A stretch of DNA of 64,000 bases from Candidatus Lutacidiplasmatales archaeon. Its GTDB lineage: Archaea > Thermoplasmatota > Thermoplasmata > Lutacidiplasmatales > UBA184. The stretch covers positions 20,605 to 84,604 of the forward strand of contig JBIOKR010000003.1 in NCBI GenBank assembly GCA_044451945.1, in the 5' to 3' direction. Below, one piece after another: positions 46,913-54,902 of the stretch. The notes under the pieces were generated by a model, which had not been told where the DNA came from, did not search any database, and saw only the letters and a program-made list of their open reading frames with translations. The position numbers were made by a program, and so were the translations under genes. The stretch's first letter is position 1; each line of letters starts with the position of its first letter.

Positions 46913-47395
46913 ATGAAAGACTCCTCCTCCGAGAAGCTGCTCCGAGAAGGTCCCTTGATGTCCATCTCCGTCGCCGTACCCGAAGCCGAGGCGGCGGAGC
47001 TGCGCCGTCGGGGGCGGACTCCGCCCGCTCCGGTTCCCGTCTTGGCGCTCATTGACACCGGTACCGGTCGGACGGTGTTGCAACGGGGCATCGCCAGGAG
47101 CCTCGGACTGACACCTGTCGGTGCCGTCGAGATCGATACTCCCTCGACCGCAGACGTCGAATCGCTGGAATTCGAGGTCTGCCTCGAGTTCCCCGGCGGG
47201 GCAATGATCCCCACCCGGGTGCTCGAGGCCGAGATGCCCGTGAAGGGGATTCGCGTGCTCCTCGGCCGTGAGGTGCTCTCGCGGGGGGTTCTGATCTACG
47301 ACGGCCGCGCGGGGCGGTTCAGCCTCGACTTGTCACTTGGGGAGAATACGACGGAGGAATCGGTTGGGCCCGGGGGGCGCAGCACGCCCGGTTAG
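46913..47395 (+). CDS. retropepsin-like (clan AA) aspartic peptidase domain protein
   Basis: Internal ATG of track ORF 46712..47395 (MKDSSSEKLL...). Active-site-like ALIDTGTGRTVL (D-T-G) is followed by a GIRVLLGREVL flap/dimer region. Confidence 0.6.
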   Translation: MKDSSSEKLLREGPLMSISVAVPEAEAAELRRRGRTPPAPVPVLALIDTGTGRTVLQRGIARSLGLTPVGAVEIDTPSTADVESLEFEVCLEFPGGAMIPTRVLEAEMPVKGIRVLLGREVLSRGVLIYDGRAGRFSLDLSLGENTTEESVGPGGRSTPG

Positions 47396-47550
47396 GGGTG
47401 CTTGGACATCTTCATCACTTCGTCGTGAGAGACGTCCTTGTGATGGGTGTTCTTGACATGCCACTGAACGAGCGCCGTGAGCTCCTTCTGATCCTTCGTC
47501 ACGACCTCGAACCCGTCCTCGCAAGCTACCTTCATCCGTCCGCAGCCCAT
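47392..47550 (-). CDS. DUF1059-like small protein (52 aa)
   Basis: Below the track cutoff and found by hand: MGCGRMKVACEDGFEVVTKDQKELTALVQWHVKNTHHKDVSHDEVMKMSKHP*. GGTGG lies 8 nt upstream of the ATG, and TATAAA (reverse complement of 47600-47605) about 52 nt upstream. Confidence 0.65.
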   Translation of the reverse strand: MGCGRMKVACEDGFEVVTKDQKELTALVQWHVKNTHHKDVSHDEVMKMSKHP

Positions 47551-47831
47551 GGTTTTCCACCTTGCCCGTTAAGGGCAAAGAGGGAGAACCCTCCCGGGGT
47601 TTATACCCATGCACGTGTCCAATTTCGCGTGCTGAGAAGGCCCGGGCTCGGGTCGAATCCATCGTACTCCTCGGGGTCGAGATCGGCCGCGAGAATCGTT
47701 CGATGGGCGCGATGGGGCCTCGGGGACCGTCCCATTCCTCAGGCCCCCCTCGTCTCCATAGGGGGCGCACTCTGGTGAGCCGGCCAACGACCCTACCAAG
47801 CCCCCCGCAACCTCTCGGTCACCCGATACAC

Positions 47832-48512
47832 GTGACGTCCTGTGTCGTCGGCCTTGACCTCGCGGGCAGCCCCCGGCGGAACACGGGATTCTGCGTGCTC
47901 ACTGGCGCTACGTCGACGCGTCTCAAGGTGCTCCACGAGGATGATGAGATCCTCACCCAAACGATGGACGCCCGGCCCTCCCTCGTGAGCATTGACGCCC
48001 CGCTCACGCTCCCGAGGGGTCGCGCGAGCCTCGAGGCGAGAGGGCCGCCGCACCTGAGGGAATGTGACCGGGAGCTCCTGCGTCGGCGAATCCCCTTCTT
48101 TCCCTTGACCCTCGGTCCGATGCGGATGTTGACCGCCAGGGGGATGCGCCTGGCGGCCGAGTTCACCGGGCGCGGGATGCCCGTCATCGAGAGCTACCCT
48201 GGCGGCGCCCAGGATGCGCTCGGGATGCCGCGCAAGCACGCGGGGATCGAGCCGCTGCGCGCCGCATTGAAACGCTACGGAATGAGGGGCGACGTTGAAC
48301 GACCAGAGATCACTCACGACGAGCTGGACGCCGTCACCTGCGCGCTCGTCGGCCGGCTCTTCGTCCTCGGGCGAGCAGAGTCGATTGGCGACCCGGGGGA
48401 AGGGATTATGGTGCTTCCCCGCCGGCTGAGAACCACGCCATCGACGGAGGGACGGCCGGCCCGTTCGCCCCGGCGGCCCCCGACCGCCTCCGCCACGCGC
48501 GGCGAGAGTTAA
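47832..48512 (+). CDS. DUF429/COG2410-like predicted RNase H-fold nuclease
   Basis: Part of track ORF 47562..48512. VVGLDLAGSPRRNTGFCVL...LVSIDAPLTLP...THDELDAVTCALVG fits the family as I recall it. The GTG 47832 start is a guess, and ATG 47703 is also possible. Confidence 0.55.
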   Translation: MTSCVVGLDLAGSPRRNTGFCVLTGATSTRLKVLHEDDEILTQTMDARPSLVSIDAPLTLPRGRASLEARGPPHLRECDRELLRRRIPFFPLTLGPMRMLTARGMRLAAEFTGRGMPVIESYPGGAQDALGMPRKHAGIEPLRAALKRYGMRGDVERPEITHDELDAVTCALVGRLFVLGRAESIGDPGEGIMVLPRRLRTTPSTEGRPARSPRRPPTASATRGES

Positions 48513-48538
48513 TACCCCGGGCCGTTACCGTTCCCCCG

Positions 48539-49177
48539 ATGGGCGCGACCGAGGCGGAACTTTCCAAGAGCTCTGCTACACGGATTGGGGAGCTTCGCGG
48601 GCGGGCGGGTCAAAGCACTGAAGACGACCGGGCGGCGTTGGCCACCGACCTGATCGCCGAGATGGACCGTGACTTCGAGGGGACGTTCGACGCCACGCAG
48701 GACTGGGTCCTCGACCCGGACGAGCGAGTCCGAGCGACCGCTTGCCTGGCCTGTGCCCAGAAGCCGGATGCGAGCGACATCGTTCGCGTCCGCCGCCTGT
48801 TGAGCCGCCTCGAGCTGTTCATGGCCGACGCGAGCCCGGTGGTCGAGGAGGTCGTCGGCCCCCAGGTCATTGCCTCGCTGCTGGTCCAGTTCCCGACGGT
48901 CGCCTACCCGTGGCTCAAGGAGTGGGCGGTCGCGGACGAGGAGACCGTGCGCGCGAACATCGCTCGCTCGCTCGGCGGAGAGCCGGCGCGCTTGTTCCCG
49001 ATGGAGTCGGTCGACGTCCTCGAACTGCTCGCGGTCGACATGCGTCCCAAGGTCCGCACCGCGGTGATCGACGCGTTCCGGCAGATCGTGGCGGCGCGGC
49101 CGGAGATGCGCGGGTACGTCCTCTCCCACTTCAGCGGTCTCATCTCGCGACGCACAGAGCCGGAAGAGCCGCTCTGA
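48539..49177 (+). CDS. hypothetical alpha-helical (HEAT/ARM-repeat-like) protein
   Basis: 212 aa with repeated helical segments containing conserved D..VR..A (DERVRATACLA, EETVRANIARSL, RPKVRTAVIDAF). Family assignment is tentative. Confidence 0.5.
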   Translation: MGATEAELSKSSATRIGELRGRAGQSTEDDRAALATDLIAEMDRDFEGTFDATQDWVLDPDERVRATACLACAQKPDASDIVRVRRLLSRLELFMADASPVVEEVVGPQVIASLLVQFPTVAYPWLKEWAVADEETVRANIARSLGGEPARLFPMESVDVLELLAVDMRPKVRTAVIDAFRQIVAARPEMRGYVLSHFSGLISRRTEPEEPL

Positions 49178-49185
49178 CCGGGGCG

Positions 49186-49668
49186 ATGGCCACCCCGGGG
49201 CCCTCCGAGGGCTCGATCGTACTGGACATCGAGGTCGTCGCATCCGTCGAGGATGTCTGGGCCGCATGGGTCGAGCCGGCCCCACTGGCCCGATGGCTCG
49301 CAAAGAGGGCCCGGGTCGAGCCGCACGTGGGCGGACCCTACGAGCTGTTCTGGGACCTCGAGCACCCCGAAGTGAACAGCACCCTCGGTTGCACGGTCAC
49401 CGCAGTGAACGAGGAGTACCTCCTCGAGTTCCACTGGCGGGGCCCGGACGAGTTCGCCGCTCTCATGAACGCCACACCGTTTCCCACGTCGGTCGCCGTT
49501 CGCTTCCAGCCGCTCGGGCCGAACCGTACGCGGATCCGCCTGGTCCACTCCGGATTCGGCCCGGGGGATGAGTGGGCGAAGGCCCGCGCGTCGCAGGAGG
49601 CGTCCTGGAAGGCGGCTCTGTCCCGGCTCCAGACGCTCCTCGGACCGCCTCCACCCGCTCGAGCGTGA
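49186..49668 (+). CDS. SRPBCC/AHSA1-like domain protein
   Basis: Internal ATG of track ORF 48742..49668. VASVEDVWAAWVEPAPLARWL...GGPYELFW...LEFHWRG...TRIRLVHSGF is typical of the Aha1/START-like fold. Confidence 0.7.
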   Translation: MATPGPSEGSIVLDIEVVASVEDVWAAWVEPAPLARWLAKRARVEPHVGGPYELFWDLEHPEVNSTLGCTVTAVNEEYLLEFHWRGPDEFAALMNATPFPTSVAVRFQPLGPNRTRIRLVHSGFGPGDEWAKARASQEASWKAALSRLQTLLGPPPPARA

Positions 49669-49747
49669 CAACCTCCGGGTTTCGGGCCGGCCGGGCGGAA
49701 AAAGGAGCGGCGGGGCGACCCGTTAAAGCCGGCCCGGTCGTTCGGCT

Positions 49748-50596
49748 GTGGGTCGGAGTCGGAAGTTGACGGGGAGTTCTCGGGGGGAAAGGGAGGTCGG
49801 ATCCCGGCCCGTCGCCCTCGTGACCGGCGGGGGAACGGGTCTTGGGCTCGCGATCGGCGAGCGACTCGCCCGCGACGGCTACGACCTTCTGATCGCCAGT
49901 CGCAGCGCCGCCCACCTCGCCGAAGGCTCCGTGCGCCTCCGTGAGCTCGGGTCGCACGTCGTGGAGGTACCGACCGACGTTCGGCTGCCGTCGGAGGTCG
50001 ACCGGATGATCGACCGGGCCCGCTCGGAATTCGGCCGATTGGACGTCCTGGTAAACAACGCGGCGGGCAACTTCATCGCGCCCGCGCAGTCGATCACGCC
50101 GAACGGATGGAGGGCCGTGGTGGGGATCGTCCTCGATGGCACCTTCTTCGCTTCCCGTGCGGCGTTCCCACTGCTTCGGGAGTCCGGCGATGGCCGCATC
50201 GTCAACATTGTCGCCTCCTACGCATGGATGGCCGGGCCCGGCACCTCCCACTCGGCCGCCGCCAAGGCCGGGGTGCTTGCGCTCACCCGGACCCTCGCCG
50301 TCGAATGGGCGCCGTTCGGCCTGCGCGTCAACGCCGTGGCCCCCGGGCCGGTGCATACGGAGGGGACCGACGTGCGTCTCTGGACCGACCCCCGTGTGGT
50401 GGAGCGGCTCACCGAGCAGATCCCGCTGCGCCGGTTCGGCACCCCCGAGGAGATCGCGAACGCGGTCGCCTTCCTGGTAGGCCCTGAGTCGCGGTACATC
50501 ACCGGGCAGGTGCTGGCGGTCGACGGGGGCCAATGGCTCGGACGTGGCGTTATGGACCTGACGGGGGAAGCCGAGAAGGATTCCGAGGCAAAATAA
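49748..50596 (+). CDS. short-chain dehydrogenase/reductase (SDR)
   Basis: 282 aa with the cofactor motif ALVTGGGTGLGLAIG, NNAAGNF, and the active-site region SHSAAAKAGV. GTTAAAG lies about 30 nt upstream of the GTG. Confidence 0.9.
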   Translation: MGRSRKLTGSSRGEREVGSRPVALVTGGGTGLGLAIGERLARDGYDLLIASRSAAHLAEGSVRLRELGSHVVEVPTDVRLPSEVDRMIDRARSEFGRLDVLVNNAAGNFIAPAQSITPNGWRAVVGIVLDGTFFASRAAFPLLRESGDGRIVNIVASYAWMAGPGTSHSAAAKAGVLALTRTLAVEWAPFGLRVNAVAPGPVHTEGTDVRLWTDPRVVERLTEQIPLRRFGTPEEIANAVAFLVGPESRYITGQVLAVDGGQWLGRGVMDLTGEAEKDSEAK

Positions 50597-50687
50597 GTAC
50601 CGAGCGCCCCGCCCGCCGGCGCACGGCGCCGTTCGGGCCACAGGTCTATAGACAGGACCATAGGTGCCCGAGCTTGGTGGGACCTCG

Positions 50688-51449
50688 ATGCACCACACTA
50701 CCGGACGGAATCGGACGATAGCGAGCGCACTCGGCCTGGTGGCGGCGATCCTCATGCTGGTATCGCTCGCGCTGAGCTGGTACGACGTGACGGTCTCGGC
50801 GAGCGGAAACGGGATCACGGCGAGTGAGACGATCTCCCTGAAGCTCGGAAGCAGCTACACAGCGACCTGCCCGACCAGCAGTGTCTGCACCGGAACCCAG
50901 ACGTACCAGTACACGAGCGGCCCCGGCGGCTCGCAGCTCAACAAGACCGGGAATCTCTACCAGACCGGTCTCGTCCTAGTCATCGTCGGGGGACTGCTCG
51001 GGCTGGGCGGCGGGGTCCTCGGAATCCTGTCGAGGGGCAAGCAGAAGATGGTCATGCCCGCGATGGCCCTGCTCGCCCTCGCCCTCCTCCTGGCGATCGC
51101 GACGCCGATGATGTTCCTCGCCGCCCAACCCGCCGCGTTCAACAGCGACAACCATATGTCCGGCGTCCCCGGTTCAACGAGCAACAGCTCCGCCGGGCCC
51201 GGGGGCTCCTACTTCGGCTCCTGCTCCGGTAGCGGCTGCGGATTTTCCACGAACTCGCAAGTTTCCGAGTCCGCCACCTGGGGTGCGGGTTCCGGGTGGT
51301 ACCTTTCCATCGTCGGCTTCGTCCTGTTCCTAGTAGCGCTGGTCTTCCTGTTCATGGCGCGCACGGCGCCACCCGCTCCCGAGGCCGCCCCTCCCGCTCC
51401 GATGAGTCCTCCGCCAGTGCCTCCTATGCCGCCGAGCGGGAGCGGGTAG
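50688..51449 (+). CDS. hypothetical polytopic membrane protein with Pro-rich C-terminal tail
   Basis: I prefer ATG 50688 (MHHTTGRNRTIASALGLVAAILMLV...) because TCTATAGA at about 50645-50652 is too close to the tracked GTG 50664. Four hydrophobic helices. The tail is APPAPEAAPPAPMSPPPVPPMPP. Confidence 0.55.
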   Translation: MHHTTGRNRTIASALGLVAAILMLVSLALSWYDVTVSASGNGITASETISLKLGSSYTATCPTSSVCTGTQTYQYTSGPGGSQLNKTGNLYQTGLVLVIVGGLLGLGGGVLGILSRGKQKMVMPAMALLALALLLAIATPMMFLAAQPAAFNSDNHMSGVPGSTSNSSAGPGGSYFGSCSGSGCGFSTNSQVSESATWGAGSGWYLSIVGFVLFLVALVFLFMARTAPPAPEAAPPAPMSPPPVPPMPPSGSG

Positions 51450-51641
51450 ATCTCCCGGGCAGGCACTTCGGGGGGTCGACCGCCTCAGACCCCGCCGGGC
51501 TCGGCCCCCGGTGGGGGGCCCCGTGCTTCCCGCCGTAGACTGGCGGCGAGCTTCGACGACAGGGCCGCCAAGCGATAGGCCGGGGCACGCCATGTGCAAG
51601 GTTCAAGTCGAGCTTCGGCTTCGCCTCATCGGAGCGCCTCC

Positions 51642-52037
51642 ATGAACTCGAGCGCACTGCCCACCGTCAATGGAGAGCCTTGGGCCGAACCCCGCCCTCA
51701 CCGCTGGCTGTTCGGGGGACTTGCCGTCATGTTTGTCCTGATCGGAGTGGCCATTCTACTCTCGGTCGCCTCTCACGGCTGGACGATGATGGGGGACGGA
51801 GGGCATCCGTTCTTCATCTTCCCCTTCGGTCTCCTTTGGGGACTGTTCTGGCTGCTCGTCTTGTTCTGGCTCATCAGCTGGGCGTTCCGATGGGCGTTTT
51901 GGGGTGGGTACGGCCGGCACTACCGCCGGGCGAACCGCTTCGACCCGGCGTACGGCATAGCCCGCGAGCGCTACGCCCGCGGGGAGATCACCCGGGAGCA
52001 GTTCGACCAGATCGCTCGCGACCTAGGGCACAGTTAG
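51642..52037 (+). CDS. membrane protein with C-terminal SHOCT-like domain
   Basis: Internal ATG of track ORF 51594..52037. Two Trp/Phe-rich TM helices are followed by ARERYARGEITREQFDQIARDLG, a SHOCT-type motif. Confidence 0.6.
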   Translation: MNSSALPTVNGEPWAEPRPHRWLFGGLAVMFVLIGVAILLSVASHGWTMMGDGGHPFFIFPFGLLWGLFWLLVLFWLISWAFRWAFWGGYGRHYRRANRFDPAYGIARERYARGEITREQFDQIARDLGHS

Positions 52038-52339
52038 GCCAGGTCGTCGCCCAGGCTCCGGGTGGCTCGCAACCCGCCGAGCGCGTTGAAGGCGACCCAG
52101 AATCGAAGGGATCGACCGCTTCGGTATCGCACGCGGACGGTCCGACCGCGACGGTCGCCGACGATCTCGAGGGCCTGAACGGACCCGCCCTCGCCGAAAC
52201 GCCGGGCCTCTTCGAGTATCGCCCGGTACTGCAGGGCGCAGATATCGCAGCAGAAGAACTCGCGCTTCCCGTCGATCTCCTCGTAGTAGTCCCCCCACGT
52301 CGAGCCGCAGAGCAAGCAGCCGGCTTCAGGAGCCGGCAA
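52034..52339 (-). CDS. TRASH-like zinc/metal-binding domain protein (101 aa)
   Basis: CLLCGSTWGDYYEEIDGKREFFCCDICALQY shows the C-x2-C-x18-C-x3-C spacing of TRASH/YHS-type metal domains. There is a 14-nt overlap with the upstream gene. Confidence 0.6.
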   Translation of the reverse strand: MPAPEAGCLLCGSTWGDYYEEIDGKREFFCCDICALQYRAILEEARRFGEGGSVQALEIVGDRRGRTVRVRYRSGRSLRFWVAFNALGGLRATRSLGDDLA

Positions 52340-53225
52340 GTTGCTCCGCCCGCTCGAGCCTCGCTATGAGGTAGTCATCGAAGAGGTCGATGGAGCGCAG
52401 CACGGTCCCCTGGACGTCGAGCGTGTTGCCAAGCTCGCGGGCGTACTTGGCGACGAGCGCGAGCGCCTCATCCGAGTGGCCGACGTCGGCAGCGTATCCC
52501 TCGCGCAGGAACGCCTTGGTCTCCTGCGTCACGTCGTTCCCCGTCAGTATCGCCGGGTCGAAATAGTGGAGGGTTGCGCCCTCCTTCAGCAGGTCGCGGT
52601 GGGCGATGAGCTCCAGGGAGTGCATCGCCGCCATCGCCTCGACCCAATGCGTTCCGGTGGCGATCCGATCCCACGCGTCGAGCGACTTGCGGGTCACCGG
52701 CAACGCAGCGGTCGAAAGGACCCTCTCCCTCGAGCAACCGAGGCTCTCCCCCATGCGCAGGAGCAGCTCGTAATGCGACGGCCGCTCGGGCCCAAATCCG
52801 CCGAACTCGGTCGCCATGTTGTCGATCTCGTAGCGGATGACGTCGTCCCGGTCGCTGCGTGCGGCGATGAACGCACACGAGCGGACCCACTGCCGAAGGA
52901 AGTGCTGGTGCTCGAGCACGTAGCCGAGCAGCACCTTGGCGCTCGGATGCTGGAGTGCGCTGACGAACGGATGCGGGTTCGCCCCGAAGAACTTCGCGAT
53001 GAACCTCGCCTTCACCCACTCGGGGAGCGAGCGGCCCGAAAGGTCGAACTGCGCCGCGAGCCGCCGGTCGACCTCCGCTGGGTCGAGTCGACGCTTGGAG
53101 AGATTCTGATTGAGCCATCGAACGTGGTCCGCATCGCTAGCCTGGGCCCGGGCCACGAAGTGCTGGGCGAGTCCCCCGAATCCGTTGTCGGCGAACGGTT
53201 CGAGGCAGGCCGGGCAACGGCTCAA
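52326..53225 (-). CDS. heme-oxygenase-like (Haem_oxygenase_2 / PqqC-CADD-type) putative di-iron enzyme with N-terminal CPAC knuckle
   Basis: In-frame TTG 53225 is preceded by GGGGAGGGAGAGG and follows the upstream stop by 17 nt. Helical segments carry paired carboxylate/His residues: VLEHQHF, EIDNMATEFGG, SHYELLLRMGESLG, EAMAAMHSLELIAH, EGYAADVGHSDEA. Confidence 0.65.
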   Translation of the reverse strand: MSRCPACLEPFADNGFGGLAQHFVARAQASDADHVRWLNQNLSKRRLDPAEVDRRLAAQFDLSGRSLPEWVKARFIAKFFGANPHPFVSALQHPSAKVLLGYVLEHQHFLRQWVRSCAFIAARSDRDDVIRYEIDNMATEFGGFGPERPSHYELLLRMGESLGCSRERVLSTAALPVTRKSLDAWDRIATGTHWVEAMAAMHSLELIAHRDLLKEGATLHYFDPAILTGNDVTQETKAFLREGYAADVGHSDEALALVAKYARELGNTLDVQGTVLRSIDLFDDYLIARLERAEQLAGS

Positions 53226-53242
53226 CGACCTCTCCCTCCCCG

Positions 53243-53458
53243 CTAGACCGGGAACTCCGCCGGAAAGCGGGCGCGCAGCCGGAGGTACTCGGGATCGCTC
53301 GCGTGCTGACGGCCCATCCACAGGAGACGTTCGCGTACTTCGTCCACGGTAAGATGACGGGCGCCGGCGACCATCCCGAGCGTGTCGGAGCAATCGGCAT
53401 GACACGCCTCGTAGCAGTTTCCCATTCCGGTGATCAGCTCGCGATCTCTGGGCGTCAC
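53243..53458 (-). CDS. small Cys/His-containing hypothetical protein (71 aa)
   Basis: GTG start with GTTAAGG about 28 nt upstream. MTPRDRELITGMGNCYEACHADCSD... has a C-x3-C-H-x2-C cluster. First gene of the three-gene minus-strand operon. Confidence 0.45.
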   Translation of the reverse strand: MTPRDRELITGMGNCYEACHADCSDTLGMVAGARHLTVDEVRERLLWMGRQHASDPEYLRLRARFPAEFPV

Positions 53459-53565
53459 CGCTGCGCTATCGCGCAGGGCGCCTTAACGGGTCCTGAAAGG
53501 ACGGGCCTCCGGAGGGATTCCAGCGACCCCGACCGGCCAAAAGCCGAATCAGGGCCCGGACGATA

Positions 53566-54246
53566 CTATTCCTCTCGCGGGCGGCGGCGTCGGCGCTCGG
53601 GTCCGTGCTCCCCGTCGCCCCCTTCCTCGGAGTCGTTGGACTCGCGCCGGCGGGGGCGCGCTCCGCGGAAGCCGGAGGAGGGAGGGCCGCGTCCACCGAA
53701 GCGGCTGGGACGGCCGGTGGAAGAGCCGAAGCGCGGTCGGAATCCCCCGCCCCGGCCACCGGGGCGCCGGTCCCCGCCGCCGGGCCGGTCGTCCCGGGGG
53801 GGCAGGGTGAAGCGGTTGCCGCAGGAGGTGCACTCTCCAGTCACGAAGCCATCGGCCCCGGTCGAGAAGCGCAGCGGCGCTCCGCATTCTCGGCACGGAC
53901 GGGCGTTCGAGGTGAACCGGTCGCGCGGAGGGCCCCGAGAGTCCCGTTCGCGGCGGTCGTCCTCGCGGCGAGGAGGTCGAACCCCCGGACCGGCAGACAA
54001 CGAGTACGTGTAGATCGATGAGCAGCCCGAGCAGGTCCCCTCGATTCCGCCGTCGCCCATCACTCGGAGCATCAGGGAGGAGCCGCAGCTCGCGCACATG
54101 ACGGACGGTGACGTCGCGTCGCCCCGGGTCTCGCCTTCACCAGGCTCTCCCACGACCGTCGGCGCGACGGCCGCCGGGGCTCCGGTGGCGGCGGAGGCTA
54201 TAGTAACCGTAAACTCGGCGCCGCAATGGGGGCAGACATTCGCCAT
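53566..54246 (-). CDS. multi-zinc-ribbon protein with RGG/Arg-rich disordered tail
   Basis: ATG 54246 (MANVCPHCGAEF...). The CxxC pairs are CPHCG/CASCG, CSGCS, CRECG/CTSCG. The tail reads GGGDRRPGGRGGGFRPRFG...RFGGRGPPSSGFRGARPRRRE...RRRRRPREE. Confidence 0.6.
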   Translation of the reverse strand: MANVCPHCGAEFTVTIASAATGAPAAVAPTVVGEPGEGETRGDATSPSVMCASCGSSLMLRVMGDGGIEGTCSGCSSIYTYSLSAGPGVRPPRREDDRRERDSRGPPRDRFTSNARPCRECGAPLRFSTGADGFVTGECTSCGNRFTLPPRDDRPGGGDRRPGGRGGGFRPRFGSSTGRPSRFGGRGPPSSGFRGARPRRRESNDSEEGGDGEHGPERRRRRPREE

Positions 54247-54441
54247 TTTCGTCCCCGGGGGGGAGGTGCTCCCCCTCTTTACTTGGCCCCCCCGTCTCTG
54301 GACCCATCGTTTTTCGACAGAAACCCCTGCCCCGCATGGATTTCGTCGCGCCACCAAGTCCGCCAGCCTCTCCCCTGCGGGCCGGCCGGCCAGCGTCTGC
54401 GGGGCCGCTAGCTCTTCAACCCCCAGCGGGATGGGCGGGGC

Positions 54442-54894
54442 GTGGTGGCATACTCCGACCAGGGCGTGCAGGCGGTCTCGCGCGAGCGGCTATGGAAGTT
54501 CCTTGAGCTCCACCTCGACGACGCCGTGATCCCGAGGATCCACCCGGACATCGTTTCGCAGCGGACCGTCCAAAGCTCGGGCAACGAGCACGTCCTCGAG
54601 CGCAACATCCGCTTCTTCGGCAAGGTCCGCCGGTCGCTCTGGAAGGTCACCTATGAGCCTCCGGACCGGACGCGCTGGGAGATCCTGGAGAGCGACGGTC
54701 CGATGCTGAAGGGCTGCCACATCGAGAACACCTACGCCGATGGAACTGCGGGCACTCTAGTGCGTTCGCAGGGTGAGATCGCCGTAGCGATCTTCCCGCG
54801 ATTCCTGCAGAAGCGGATCGCCTACTCGGCGCTGAACGGTATCGACGCGCAGGACGCGAAGTACCTCGCGCAGCACCCGGAGATCGGGGCGTAA
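54442..54894 (+). CDS. SRPBCC (START/polyketide-cyclase-like) family protein
   Basis: 150 aa, GTG start. The VSRERLWKFLELHLDD... pattern and size fit the SRPBCC fold. Assignment is by eye. Confidence 0.6.
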   Translation: MVAYSDQGVQAVSRERLWKFLELHLDDAVIPRIHPDIVSQRTVQSSGNEHVLERNIRFFGKVRRSLWKVTYEPPDRTRWEILESDGPMLKGCHIENTYADGTAGTLVRSQGEIAVAIFPRFLQKRIAYSALNGIDAQDAKYLAQHPEIGA

Positions 54895-54902
54895 CCGGTT
54901 CC

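Noticed and set aside
47640-47660. GGGTCGAATCC, which resembles a tRNA T-loop
   Set aside because: The flanking bases do not form a 5-bp T-stem, and no acceptor, D or anticodon arms can be drawn. It lies in the upstream region of the DUF429-like ORF.
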